64,000 nucleotides of DNA from Balanoglossus misakiensis (GCA_040954595.2 CM082590.2:11222655-11286654); one strand, 5' to 3'; shown: positions 1-13,687, counted from the stretch's first letter. Translations and numbers: made by a program. The notes: generated by a model not told the origin, from the sequence alone.

Positions 1-2721
1 GCCACCAATTGTCCTGATGGTGCAGAGTTAGCACTAAAACAAACTGAAAGCACTTCAATGGTTGAAACACCAGTGGAGCCAGAACACAAAGATTCCAGTG
101 AAGATCAGGGAATGACTAACACAGTGCAGTCTGTTGGCACTAACCTGTCCAGTAGAAATGACCTGAATGTTATTGATGTTGGTGAAACTGGAAATAATGT
201 GGTCCAAGATGAAAGACTGATTTGTCAAGAGTATAACATCACACAAAAGTCAAGATATGAAGCAGTCACAAAAAAGACAGTGGATATAATTGGTCCACAT
301 TCTGTGTCTGTGGTGGAACCATCAGCAAAGTGTCAGAAATCCAAAATCAAAAGAAAACCACCATATCTTATAATCCCCAAACTGAAATTTTTTGCAGATG
401 TGAGGAAAGAAGAGGACGAAAAGCCCTACAGATGTGACATCTGCGACAAAAGATTCAAAATATTAAAGAATCTTGAAAGCCATGTGTTGTTACACAGAAG
501 GGATATATTTGAATGTCCAAAATGCACTCTAGTATTCTCTGCAGAAAATTCTCTCAATGATCACATGACCAATGTTCATCAATGCAGAGGACGTGACTTT
601 AATTGTCAGGTTGGTGGAATTGTCTTCCAATCACAAGAAGATTCTGACTTTCACAGACTACAGAAACACTTGCAGCAAGCACCTTCCAAAGACAAGAGAT
701 CTAGAAGTGACACTCCACCTCCTGGACATTTTCAGGGAAGGACACCTCAGACTCAAATTAAACAAGAAGCACTCTCGTGTTCAGAGTGTCGCACATGGTT
801 CCTTGACAAACAATCCCTTAAAAAGCACAAGGCCATTAGACACACCACATCTACAGATGAACTGAATGCTGAAAAGCCTGAGAGTATAGACATACCCCAG
901 GCACCAGTTTCACTAAAGATGCCAAAAGCTAGAGATCATCTTCCAAATTCACAGTGGAAGAGAACAAGAAAATTAAAAACCAGTTTCAAAAATGGAGAGT
1001 ATGTAACCAAACTGTCCATCAACAAATGCAGAACAAATGTGTCTAAAATGGCGCACACAGAGAATAAAACAAAGCAAGCAAATGGTCAGTTTTGGCCAAC
1101 ACATCCATGTCCTGCCAAAGGCCAAGCAGTAATGGACACAAACTGTCCAAGTAGTGGCGCTTCAGAAGGTAATAATTCCAAGTTGACCAATCTCACCAAT
1201 GATGTTCCTAACTCGATGGATAACAACAGACTTTCACCAACAGCTTCTGTACAACATCATGGATTGGCTGAGACAACTTTTGAATCCACAGATCTTGATC
1301 CCAATGTTAATGTGGCAGAGGAATACCAAGCTGCATTCCAGTTTTTACAAGAAATCCAGGAAAAGGTTGACCGTGACCACAGAAATGAACAGCAGGAATT
1401 GTTGATTCCATCCAGTAATAAACAGGAACTCCTCACACTGGAAAATCTAACACCAGAACATGGAACCAAAGCAATTCCTGCATGCCAGAGTTGGAAGGAT
1501 CTGGACAAGATGGAGTTAACACCCTTTAAATGCCCAACATGCAACAAGTCTTTCAAACGGCACTCCACTTTGTCTAGGCACTTGTCATTGCATATGTCTA
1601 ATCCTGACAAAACTTGCCCAATGTGTAACAGGCAATGCATCAGCAAGTCTGCACTTGAGGTGCATATGAGATCGCACACAGGCCAAAAGCCACATGTTTG
1701 TCACATTTGTGGAATCGGATTTGCCCAGAAGGGAAGACTTAAGACTCATTACTATGTCCACACTTCTGAGAAACCCTTCAAATGTGATGTGTGCAATAAA
1801 GGATTCAACAGACGTTGCAATCTGACAGTGCACAAGGGTCTGCATGACAAAAACAAGAGATTCAAATGTGACTTTTGTGAGAAAGGCTACAATCAAAAGG
1901 TTGAACTCCGACTTCACATGAAAAAACACACCGGTAAAAACCTCCATTGGTGTGAAATATGTCAAGCAGACTTTAGTTTAAAGAGAGATCTCAACAACCA
2001 CATGCAAGTCCACTCAGTGGGGGAAAGACTGCAAAGTCAGCAACAAACAACAAATCACACAAACAATTGTGAAGGGGCTGAAATTAGTGATGAACATGAC
2101 ATTGCAACCAAGCTACTTGAAGAGTTGATTCAGCTAAAAGTAACGAAAACATCAAATAAACAAAAGCGAACGAAACTACAATGCAAGGACAAAAGGTTCA
2201 AGTGTGAAATTTGTGGAAAGTATTTCTCGACAAGAAATTACCTCACTCATCATCTGAAAAAGCACTCCAATTTGGGAGATAACACACTGGAACAACTTGT
2301 GCCATCTACGATAGAAGTTAAACAAATGAGACAACAGACAGATGCCTATCACAGAGACACTTGTGAAACAGAACAAAGCACATTTATAGAGAACAATCTT
2401 CCCTTTATTGTGCCCATACACAATAACCAACAGACAGTACCCATCCAGGCTTCATTGGGATATAATCCAAATGCCTTCCATGGAAATCCAAGCCAAACCA
2501 GATATGCCAGGGACAGTTTCTCTGAAATCCACTATTCAAACCAACCCCCAGACAGTGATGAAGATGACCGGAGATACTTTGAAGGAGATTTAGTCATTGA
2601 TGAAGAAAGAAGTGATGGGAACTATCAATCAGATATGGTTGAAATGAACAGTGATAATTTCAATCATGGCAAAGAGTCTCTGAGTCTTTTTAATATATTT
2701 AATAATATGTACGACTCATAG
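1..2721 (+). CDS. C2H2 zinc-finger protein, large terminal exon (5' part lies outside the window)
   Basis: The frame is open from base 1 to TAG at 2719-2721. It has many CxxC-x12-HxxxH fingers with TGQKPH/TSEKPF linkers. Confidence 0.9.
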   Translation, partial: ATNCPDGAELALKQTESTSMVETPVEPEHKDSSEDQGMTNTVQSVGTNLSSRNDLNVIDVGETGNNVVQDERLICQEYNITQKSRYEAVTKKTVDIIGPHSVSVVEPSAKCQKSKIKRKPPYLIIPKLKFFADVRKEEDEKPYRCDICDKRFKILKNLESHVLLHRRDIFECPKCTLVFSAENSLNDHMTNVHQCRGRDFNCQVGGIVFQSQEDSDFHRLQKHLQQAPSKDKRSRSDTPPPGHFQGRTPQTQIKQEALSCSECRTWFLDKQSLKKHKAIRHTTSTDELNAEKPESIDIPQAPVSLKMPKARDHLPNSQWKRTRKLKTSFKNGEYVTKLSINKCRTNVSKMAHTENKTKQANGQFWPTHPCPAKGQAVMDTNCPSSGASEGNNSKLTNLTNDVPNSMDNNRLSPTASVQHHGLAETTFESTDLDPNVNVAEEYQAAFQFLQEIQEKVDRDHRNEQQELLIPSSNKQELLTLENLTPEHGTKAIPACQSWKDLDKMELTPFKCPTCNKSFKRHSTLSRHLSLHMSNPDKTCPMCNRQCISKSALEVHMRSHTGQKPHVCHICGIGFAQKGRLKTHYYVHTSEKPFKCDVCNKGFNRRCNLTVHKGLHDKNKRFKCDFCEKGYNQKVELRLHMKKHTGKNLHWCEICQADFSLKRDLNNHMQVHSVGERLQSQQQTTNHTNNCEGAEISDEHDIATKLLEELIQLKVTKTSNKQKRTKLQCKDKRFKCEICGKYFSTRNYLTHHLKKHSNLGDNTLEQLVPSTIEVKQMRQQTDAYHRDTCETEQSTFIENNLPFIVPIHNNQQTVPIQASLGYNPNAFHGNPSQTRYARDSFSEIHYSNQPPDSDEDDRRYFEGDLVIDEERSDGNYQSDMVEMNSDNFNHGKESLSLFNIFNNMYDS

Positions 2722-3115
2722 AACAGTTATATTGTGATTTTATTGTCTGACATGCATGTTGAAGTTTGAACTTTCAATAACAACAAAACACAGAAATATT
2801 GATACAAACACAGAAATGTATTTATTTCAGAATCATTGGCATCATCAGTCTACAAAAATAATCATTAATACAAATTACATGTATAAAAAACATTTAGAAA
2901 TTAATTTGACAATACTAGAAAACATTGACTCAACATTGAAGGACCTCCACCAAGCATTGTATCTATTGTCATCAGTCAATGAAATATCACATTCACATTA
3001 AAACTGTCAGAATGGACACTGATACAGGTTGTGCAAAATGTGAAAACACTGGCTACATTCTTGAGCAGATCTGCCATGATTCAAAACTCCCCTATCATAT
3101 ACTTGATGGTTGCTC

Positions 3116-4066
3116 TATATTATGACCACTTGACATCCATCAGTTTTGTCTGCGGAAACAAAAAACACAAACAGAAAGTTTGTTAATGGTACAACCACTG
3201 CAAGTGTTAAAAATAGGGTAACTGCAAGGTAAAATCCAAATTAAGAATTGAATGGACACTGTTGTTTGTAAGCCTAAATGGGAAAATACTTGCCCAGCAA
3301 AAATATCAACTAGTGAAGAAAGTAGTCCAAATCATTAACACACAAAGAATGTACACAAGTGACAGCTTATAATTGTCACCTTTACAAATAAAAGGCCACA
3401 CTTACACACTAAACAAGTTGAGAAATTCAACCCAAGAGCAGATTTTATCATAATTTTAAAAGTTGGCAGAAGATGTGGTATGTAATTGTTTGTTGCAATG
3501 TGTCATGAAAGTTACACCATATGTAAATGGTTATACAACCCTAGCTATAATTGTACATGTACTATAAAAGCCTTGTACACTATACTGTTTTACCACTAAG
3601 ATAGAATCAAACATCTCACAAATAATTGTTTCCCTAGGTTAACAAATAGCCGTTTTACCTTAACTTCTTTCGTTTTTATCGAAGTGGGCGTGGTTCCTGT
3701 CAAGAGGGGCGGGGCACATTTGTTTACATTTGACCACAACAAACATACTGACAAACAGGGTACGTGATTGACAGAAAGTATTGCCAACACATGGAGGTAC
3801 TAGGTCTCTAGTATCTTACCTTCTAAACTTGCCAATGTCAAGGATCCCACCATGGACATGTCGATCAGACCATGGACGTAAAAAGAGACACGAGTGCCAG
3901 TCTTAGAATATATACACACAAGTTTTCTTCTACTTTTTGGTAGTGGTAACTTTGGAGTTACGAGTCAATGTTTTAAACAACACACTGGACTATTGTCGTG
4001 GTTTGAACTCCTGTCGAAAACCTCCGTCATTTCATTCCTTGCCTTTTCTGCCAAATTTTGTGCCAT
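3116..4066 (-). other. Putative small spliced transcript of unknown coding status
   Basis: Strong donor AG|GTAAGA at ~3820 and a polypyrimidine acceptor (ttgtgttttttgtttccgcag) at ~3151. Minus-strand AATAAA at 2821-2826. CCAAT boxes at ~4324 and ~4367. No recognisable protein. Confidence 0.35.
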
Positions 4067-5322
4067 TCGCCAAAATGTAAACAGTAAAGTTCGCTTTGTA
4101 GAGGGCGATGACCGTGTCAAAGGTCATGGCTTGTCAGGTCACGTCCTGGAATCTTCCCCTGACAGGATAATTTTGAAAACTCGCCTACAAAATTTGTCCG
4201 CATGACATTACAATTGGATTTAATAATGTGTAGAAAAATATACTAACAGGTTAACGAAAAATTAAAAAAAAATGTAGACGAGTTAAAAAGTAAACGACAA
4301 ACGAACTCATCGTACTGTAATTGACCAATCACAAGTGTGGTCATCCTGGAGTGCGGATAGTAACTGACCAATCAGAATTGTCGAGGTCTAAATTAATTAT
4401 GCAAACAGTGGCGATGAGCGATAATGTCTGAAATGTGACAATCATCCACACATGTTGAGGACTTGAGTGATTTGGTCGAAATACCTGCTAGAAAAGTAAC
4501 TGTTCTCAGCCCAGATAACAAAAACAAGAACTATGACAGGGTATGTTTGATTGTAGTACATGTACTTGTAGCAGAACAGTTGGTTATTGGTGAATATTGT
4601 GCAGATACATCAAGGGGAACCTACTATGGTCACTGAACAGACTGGAACAACCAAGAATCAGCAAAAGTAAAGACAGCGTGTAAACTCTACATCCTATTTT
4701 AATCAGATTGCACCAAGGGGAACCCAGGACAGAACAGTAAACAGACTGGAAAATTAAGGTAATTACTATAGGTATCAGTCTCTGCATTCACTTTTACAAT
4801 TTATACACAATCTCACACACAACGTGATGCAATACACACAGTCGTTCATTATCAGTCATGTATTAAAATATTTTATTCATCAACTCAATGTAAAATACAT
4901 ATCACAAAATTATTTGTATGAATCAAACAGGTCAAAACAACCTTGGTAAAAGGTATGTTCAGGACATTTTGGAGGAGGATTGATTTTTCGCGTAATTTTA
5001 GACGAGTCTGGGGAATGCAAATGGCAGGTCACAAAGTAATAATTTAATTAAAGTTACAACGACTCTCCTTGAATTGTCTGAACACATTCTAGTGTCATTC
5101 CAACATTGATATTTCCATTCATTTTGTTGGATCCGATGATAATGAAATTATGCACTAACCAAGTTTAAATTGGTAAAACAGTTACGCATGTTGTATAAAC
5201 AGTCCACTCTCAAAGTTTCATCCCATTTTCATAAAAAGTGTTTACTCTGTCATGACACAGAGTGAAAATAATGATTGCATTTACAAACAAAGTAACTGAT
5301 AGTTGTTTACAGTTCATACTCT

Positions 5323-8300
5323 TCAATTTTTTTCTTTACTTGATTGTCCTTTTGACTTCTTGGAGAAGCAAGACTGGCTTCTATGATGTAGTTGCAACTG
5401 TACTTTCTGGTTAAATCCTTTTCCGCAATGATCACATTTGTACGGTCTCTCTTGTGTGTGCAATCGCTGGTGGATCTTTAATGCCTCTGTACGCATGAAA
5501 GTTTTGCCGCACGAATCGCACATGAATTGTTTGTTGCCTTTATGTGAATCGATGTGTCTGTCCAAATCTCTCTTCCACATAAATCGCCGGTCGCATATCG
5601 TACACTGGTGAGGTTTCACCCCGGAATGGCACTGCCGATGAGTGTTGAGACGCTGGTTTGTCCGGAATGATTTCCCACACTGCTCGCACATAAAGGGTTT
5701 CTCATCCGAATGAATCTTGCTGTGAACGCGAAGATGTGACCGCCTCACAAATCGCTTGCCACACTCCCCGCACTCAAATGGTTTGTCCCCGGTATGCATC
5801 TTCATGTGAGATTCGAGCGATTCCGCGGTTTTCAACTTGAGGTTACAGGCAGTGCACTGAAAAGCCTTTTCCTTGGAGTGCGAAGGTAGATGATGTTGCA
5901 AATTTCCGCGCTTGCTGAATCCTTTGTTGCATACAGGACAATGATGAGGATAAATCCCTGTATGAATTCTCATGTGACACTCTAGTTGAATAGCGTTCAC
6001 AAAAAATCTCTCACAAATTTCACACTTGTATTTCTCGTCTCCTGTATGGACTTTTCGATGATTTGCACACGACACGCTAGTTGTGAAAACTCGGTCGCAG
6101 AATTCACATTTGTATTCCCTCGTGTGGTTCATTATATGCAGTTGCAGTGAACGTGTTGGTATAATAAGGTTACAAATTTGGCATTTGCTTTCAGCTGGGG
6201 TTTCTGAACTGTCAAGGTTGACACTTGGAACAGTCACAGAGGTGGGTGGCGTTCCAGAATGCTGTTGGCCCACAGGCAGTTCTATCTGGGGTTTGGTGAT
6301 GTCACTGGACGCAAGAATATGATTTTGACTTTGTACGGGTCGAAAGACTGATTGCTGAACATCGTTTTCTGCTTTATCCTCAGTATTATCACTGCGGTTA
6401 TATATTCCCTCGTTAAATGGTTTCTCATTTCTTCCATGGTTCACCATGTGCTTCGATAGAAGTCGGAATTCCACAGACTCATTGCAAATTCCACAGACAT
6501 ATTTCCCGATGGGATGCATCTTCGTGACGTGGCATGCCAGAGAATTTCGACTTGTAAACTCAGCATCGCAGTTCCCAGCAGTGCATTTCCATCCCTCGGT
6601 TGGAATCTCTCGTTCAATGGAGTACACAAACTGTCTTGGACTGATGTGTTCAATCCACACATGAGCAGTCACTTCACCTTTCGATGGTACCACCTCCTCG
6701 TTTGAAATGTCTCCACTGGTTTTCAGCATCAGTTTCAAATTACTGTTTCCTTCCACAACACGTTGTGGTAGATTACCTACGGAATCAGACTGAAGCAGGT
6801 TTCCCCAAACTTGGAGAGAGTGATGCCCCTGAAATTTATTCCCAATATTCTGACTTCGGAAAAGCATTTCCTCTCGTATAATGGTCTTATTCCCATCATT
6901 CATATAAAACGTTGCTACTTCCAGATTTCCAGAGGTGTCATCATTTGGTTTTTCTGTAGAACTGGGATTTGTGTTCACTGGCACCGTCGATGCTGGGTTC
7001 AGTAATCGATATGTTGGATCACTGGTGACTATTGGAGGTTTCAGATTGACATTTGTAACTGGCATTGAACCCTGCCTTGGCAAACAGTTGAGCAATCCAG
7101 ACAAATATTCCGGGGTTGGTTGTAACATCAGCTGATGCGGAATGGACTGCTGTGATTGGTTGGGTAGCAGTGAAGTATTCAAATTATTGAGGTTGCCATG
7201 GCCACTACTGCCATTAATGACGACTGATTGGTTGTTAGGAATGATGGAATTGGTCAGATAAACCATTTGATTGGCCAACATGACAGGTGTAAGTTGTTGC
7301 TGTAAAGGTCCTGTTAAATTCATTGGTGGAGCACATATTCCTCCAGAGTTTATTTGAAGATTCCCATTGACGAGATTTGTGTTGAGGATTCCAGTCTGAG
7401 GGATCCCAGTCACTGCCGGCAAAGTGGCGACACCTGGCAAAGTGCCAAGACCGGGAAGTGGAACTTTGGTGTTCAACAGATCACACATCATTTGCAGTTG
7501 CGATGGATTACTGGGTTTCTGTTCAGTGTCTTTGTTTCCATCACTGTTCACATTTTGATCGTGACTTTCATCCACTTCTTTCTTTACAGTGATTATGTTT
7601 CTCTCATCTCTTGCTTTCCCTGTCTCTGTGTTAGTTTCATCCTCTCCACCATTCACATTAACACCACCAACACAATCATGTCGTTGTCCATTCTCATTGT
7701 TCACAATTCCGTTTTTCACAACACTGCCATCAGTAGTACGATCCGACCCAGTGACTACAAACCTATCATTCGTTCCATCGCTGTTTCCATGGCAATCTTC
7801 AAACATTTCACCATCACTGTCTTCCTCTTTAATCGTCCAGTTGTAAACAAATCTGGTACTCGCCGGCACATCACCACCGCCATCTTCCATTTCCACACTG
7901 CGCTCCTCGTCTACACAATTTGTAGTCTCGCTTTCTTTATCTGCTGTACTGCCATCAGTAGACCCGACGACTTTGAAGTGACCTTGCGAATCACTTTCAC
8001 TGTCCACATCCATTCCTTCCTGACTGGAACAACTATTTTCCTCTGATGTTATTCCAAGATCTGGTTTCATTTCTTGATAACTTGCATCAGATTTGTTGTC
8101 TCGATCATCACCGTCACAATCTGTCTGTGCTTTTTCATTCTCTGTGATGGATTGATTGTCTACAGTTTTGATGTGGATGGCTCCACCTTGCATCAGGTAA
8201 TTCAGAATTGCTGTTTTGTCTGGGGTAAAGAAATAGTAAAAATAATTACATGTTTATATCATTTCAGTAGTCAGTAAGTACTACCCTCCATCAATTTCTT

Positions 8301-9712
8301 GTAACATTGGAATTAAATTTTCATAGCCTGACATAATATACACCTACTGCCGCGATGCATCGAACAATACGTTGCTATATTTCTCGAATTGCAAACAGAT
8401 CAGGACATGACATTCAATCAATAATTTTTTGTTAGAATGGAAGAGATTAAAACTTACCACTACATGTTAGATTGCCATCTTTTCCCTTCTTCAGAAACTC
8501 ATCCGTTGTTGTTTGAAGACATTCTAGAAGTTTTTGGATCAGTTCTTGGTTTGCAGCATATTCCCAGACCTTTTGACACTCTGTAAACAAACACACAAAC
8601 AAGTCTTTTTTTCAGTCTTTCTCTTCATATCACTTGGTAAACATTTTATGCCAGTAAATGAGCTGAGACTTTTCAGAAATGGTCCCTGTGTAAACGCCAT
8701 AGCAGTACACTTTGCCCATTCAAAGAATGTGCTAGTAATGTAAAGCCCTGTGAAATACTGATCCATAGTTACTTCACCACTGGGTTTGTAAAGAGTACAA
8801 TGAATTCTCTATTCAAATGGAAATGTTGACAAGTTGCATATTAATCCCAGTATGAATAGGGGCTTTCCGGAACAAAAGATATCAAAATGTGTGGTCACTT
8901 GTGAAGTACAAAAAAATGCAGGTAACAAGCTTGATAAATGCAAGATCATAATTTCACTCAAGCTAAGATTTTGAAACTGGTAAATACATTCTAACATTGG
9001 TTTAGAAACATATATACTCTAGCATCAATCAAAATTGAAATAGACACCCCCTCAATCAGTCCACCTGACCTAAATTAAAATCCTGTGTAAAGTCTTAATC
9101 ACATTTTGAATTTTCACCAGTACACATTTTAAAAACCCTGTCAGTGGGTCTGGTAGCAAGCACTGTAGCCGTTTGACCAATAAGCCATTGTATTAGATAA
9201 TGACAAAAACAAACATTGTATGTTGGCGTGGCAGGGCATGTCTTCCTGAAAGAAAAAGAAAGATTTTTCGAGGGCTTCGTGCTCAGGGAGAATTCGGGTT
9301 CTGTTTCCTGTGCTTCGGGGATCTGAGGTGAAAATCAGAGAACTTTGATTCGCTTAGAAATTGGTCTCACTTCCAGTCTGGATTGTGTAAAACACTTGAA
9401 TGGAAGTGACAATGAAATCGACAAACAAAACATCTGCGATCAGTGATCGCGAATGTCAACAAACCAAAGATCGCAACAAAACCACACAATTATCGTTGAA
9501 GGTATAGAGACACTATAATTGTGACCTGATTTCATATCTTGATGACTATTTATATCAGTATTTTGAAGACGATTTCAAACTAACCAGAGGGCTTAATACT
9601 CACCTGTGTAAGTTAAAACGTTGACTTCCTGTGATCGCTTGCTCGACCGAGTTTTACGTTTGGCTTCATCTCTGAAAGCGAGCTCAAATTTCTTGGATGA
9701 TAGCGTTGACAT
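5323..9712 (-). CDS. C2H2 zinc-finger protein (ZNF-A), 3 exons, with conserved N-terminal module
   Basis: Exons 9712-9604, 8580-8458 (123 bp) and 8219-5323, with phase-1 GT-AG introns. The spliced frame reads MSTLSSKKFELAF...LTYT/ECQKVWEY...LTCS/DKTAILNYLMQGGAIHI and ends in about 12 C2H2 fingers. Confidence 0.88.
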
Positions 9713-10845
9713 GTCGTCATAAGATAAATGTTTTAGAGGCTGTGACACTCTGATTCCGTTTGCGATCGGGATTTTACAGAGGTTCCTTCCCGGACGGACG
9801 CAACCCGCCGCTATGGAAAATCTGGAAATTGTTAATTTCAGTCACCTTGTCAATAGAGGGCGCGACATATGTCAAAGGTCACCCTTCACTGAAAAGTACA
9901 TTTTTCACTCAAAAGTGCAATATTTGTCTCTAACTCGGCGTATTCCATCAACAAAATTAAAGAAAAAGTCTATATTTTGATTTCAAGAAATACAAAGAAG
10001 TTTTTTAATTGTGTAGTCAGTATTTTCAGCATCTTTATTGACTTTGTAATGTTAGTGAAGGGGTAAATAGTGGCACGGTACTTGAACACAAGTTGTTTTC
10101 CAAAAAATTCAAAACAAATATAATTTTGATCAGCGTGCAGTATTAGTGGATTCGTCATTTTCAGAAACCAGTCTGTAGAAGCAGTCATATTCCAACCGAT
10201 GTATTGGTTTTGTGTGAACACTTCAAGGCATACTAACTTTCTCTATAGCCGATTCTTGTAAAGTAATAATATTGACACACACAAGAAAATTTGTTTATAT
10301 TTCATTTAATGAAGTATTGATCATAACTATAAAACACACATGGATATAAATTAAGACACACATTTTTCACTTTAATTTTTCATACTGAAACAGTCACAGA
10401 GAGTTGTAAGAACCAACATTAAAATAACTCCATGGTAACCATTGCTATTCCTAAATCACAAACATTATAATAAGTACAGCTAAAACATCACTCCATGCAT
10501 TTAGGATTTACACACTTCTTTAATAAAACCAAAGTTTCAAGGTTCTAAAACTGGTTTGGCATATACATGTACTGTCAAAGTTGTCCAACCATACACAAGA
10601 TGAACTCAGATGCTACACCACCAATCACAGATGGACTTGCACACCTAGTCTATCACAGTTTAATTTTTGGGCTAACTGTATTCTCCATAACTTAATAGGA
10701 ACAAGAACAGTTATGAGTTGTAATAAATAAATTGTGATAATCCACAGCATACAATATATTCCTACAAAATGCAAATATCTATGGCATTAAGATAATACAT
10801 GTTCTTGAGCAAATTTTCCCCTTCAACTTGAGGGCACTGGGAAAT

Positions 10846-10937
10846 TGAATTCTTTCACCCCGTTTCCCTCTCTAAAGGTCCAACTTTACCATTGCATACA
10901 ATGGATTTGGACTGAACCATGGTGGTGCAAAGGGTTC
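10846..10937. mobile_element. ~90-bp MITE-like element, copy in the ZNF-B 3' UTR
   Basis: Homologous to 43225-43309 (ctttcacccc...gtccaac.ttaccat...tttggactgaaccat.gtggtg...agggtt). Ends are degenerate. Confidence 0.65.
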
Positions 10938-10945
10938 ATTAGCAA

Positions 10946-13267
10946 CTAGAAGAGTTTGACTCCACTGTGTGTGTCCATGTGACAGATAAGTTTACTCCTT
11001 GTTGGGAAAGACATCCCACAATGATCACATTTAAATGGATTCTGACCAGAGTGCGATCTTTGATGAACCGTTAAACTCCCTTTCTGGGTGAACTGCTTGC
11101 CACATTCTTTGCAAACAAATGGTTTCTCACCAGTATGTACCCTCATGTGTGAGACCAGCCGACTGCGGAAATCAAACCCTTCATTACATATATCGCACAT
11201 AACACGTATCTTTTTGGGCGGTTTTGGTTTCCCTTTTGGACCAAAACGTTTCTGAGAAGATCGGTTTTGATTCAGATGTAGGGCCACTGGTATTGGCCCG
11301 TATTCTGTGCTTCCACTCGGTTGTCCTGCTTCAGATAAATCTGCATGAAAGTCTGTTTGTCTGAAACTTGCACTGCTTTCTGATCCTTTCTGTGATGTCA
11401 CAGATTCTTGCATATAACGTTGTGAAAAATAAACACTACTGTTCGGCTCTCGCTTGATATCCTCTTCAATGACAGACGGCGGCTCTTTCGTTGATGAGAA
11501 TGCTTCCTTTGGTGATGAGAATGATCGATTTATTGGGAAGACAATATTTTTGATAAGATTATAATCATCATTAGTTGGATGACTCTCACTTTCTTGGAAA
11601 TGATCTGAACTCTGTCCAGTGTTGCTATTTTCGCTCGAACATTTACTGAATTCAGGAGCGTTCTCTGATTGTTCACACTCTGGCGACGAGCTGTCACTAA
11701 GATCCTCATCCCGTTTACAGCTTTTGGACATTATAGAGGACGCCGCACGTTCCAGGGTACTGAAAGGGATTTCATAGCCTCTAGTTGGAACAGGGCCCTC
11801 TGTAGTTTTCTCGCTAATGTTAGGGTAGCCGCTTGTCGGAGTGGTGCTTTCTAGAGATTTCCGACCAGAAGTTGTGTAGTCTTTTGCGATGTCAGTGTCC
11901 TCGTCTTCTTGTGGGACGACAGAATATGTTTCATTTTCATGATAGGTCAGCACTTCAGAGTGTCTCTTGCCGTTTGTTTCTCTCTGACTGTTTTTATTTA
12001 AACAATTTTCATGACTGTCTTCTTCTCTCCTCGGTCGCCTCTCTTCATCTTCTTTTCTGAAGCCGACACTCACATCCATTTGTAATGCACCACTCTCACA
12101 CAGGAAGTTCATGATTGTCAACTTTTCTGGGGAAAAAAGACAGAAAAAACAAAAGGATCAGACAAACAAGAAAAAAAGTTCCCTGTTAAATTATAGCAAG
12201 GGGTAAAATCATACATTAAACAATGCAGAAATATCATAAACCACTTTCATATCACTTCAGTTCTCTGCTAATATGCTGGCAGGAATTTTGAATCAAAATA
12301 TTCCAGCAAACAAAGCTTTTCATGAATTTATTAACTTGAACAATCCACAATCCGCATGTATTTACCTTGTCCAGAAAGTGTATCGTTTCTCAGTCTGTGA
12401 AACAGCTCCTGGGTCACTTTGATAAAACAGTCGCCAAGGCGATGTACTTGATTGGTTCGTCTGACTTCCTCCCAAAGATAACTACATTCTGGGAAAAAAA
12501 TGATTTAAGATTATTGATTTGAACAACTGCGCCAATTCATGTAACAAGCATTAGTCTGCTCATGAAACCAGTGTCATGATTTATGAGAACGGTGATTCTA
12601 CTATAAATTTATGTCCAACTGTAAACAAGTATATTAGAAGACTTCATGCACTCTTCATCAAAAATATTTGAGGTGAATATGAATACTGCAACTTTTGAAA
12701 GTACTTTCAAATCAATTACACCAATGTAATATACACACAGGGCTTTGATTTCTTGGAAAACAAAAACAAACAATAACAATGGTCAAATGATATTGAAATG
12801 AATTATTGACGTAAATCAAGACATTTGAAAATATAATACGATTGAATAAACAAGCTTATAAGAGAAATAAACACTTCTCAATTGCTCGATAGGCAGATAA
12901 ACCTTAAACTTGACAATTATGCACGATTCTCTGGTGACCTAAAAACATAACAATTTTCGTTCAGGACGAGGGTTATATTTTTGTGCCCACTGAATAAGTA
13001 TACATGTATCGGCAATCTGTGGTTAACTTGTTCTTCCGTTCAGCAATTGCCTATTTAGAGCTTTTAAGCTAACAGCAGAACTATCACGTTACCTTGGAAA
13101 CATAGCGACTTCCCATCAGTAAGTTGATTTCGTGGTTTTGCCAAAGACCAGGAGCCATCCTTGATGAGTTGAAGGTCTTTGTACGGCGTCGATGATGGTC
13201 GGACTTCCGTAAATGAGAGGTTGATGGTCTTGTTCAAAGAAAGCGCCACAACTCCAGCCGTTTCCAT
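10946..13267 (-). CDS. C2H2 zinc-finger protein (ZNF-B), 3 exons, 3 fingers
   Basis: Exons 13267-13093, 12488-12366 (123 bp) and 12126-10946, with phase-1 introns. Reads ...SLCFQ/ECSYLWEEVRRTNQVHRLGDCFIKVTQELF.../EKLTIMNFLCESGALQMDV, with a TGEKPF linker. Confidence 0.88.
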
Positions 13268-13622
13268 GGTTCCGTGGCTATTTCCCGATCACAAGCGTAG
13301 GACTGTTTTGCTGATTTTTTGGCAAGTTTACGCCAAGACAATATCACAATGAAATCTTCATCAGCTGGCTAGGAATGGAGCATGATGGGAAATATATCAA
13401 TATGCGGGCGAGTGGTGGCGCTCGTTACCGCAGAAATGAACAAATGAAATGAACATTGATACTGACGTTAATGATTTTTGCTTGAATTAAGACCTAAACA
13501 AAGCATAAAATGTGAAATGAAAGCTTAAATAAAGATATTAATAGCATAAAGTTTACAATGAAAGGCAGAACAACATGCACATACACAAAATGCAGGGCCT
13601 ACACTCATACTGAAACATACAT

Positions 13623-13687
13623 ACCCTTTCAACCCAGTTCCCTCTGCAGTGAGGTCCGACCAAACCATGGTGGGGAATTAGGGTTCA
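13623..13687. mobile_element. Internally deleted copy of the ~90-bp MITE-like element
   Basis: accctttcaaccc.gttccctct...ggtcc...aaccatggtggggaattagggttca matches both ends of the 10846 and 43225 copies. Confidence 0.5.

Noticed and set aside
7354-8046. 230-aa plus-strand ORF and other ORFs antisense to ZNF and ATOSA exons
   Set aside because: Shadow ORFs of real coding exons, with no independent splice or domain evidence.
9360-9415. Hairpin (tcacttcca...tggaagtga) in ZNF-A intron 1 as a pre-miRNA
   Set aside because: Only a 9-bp perfect core, with no miRNA seed family I recognise.
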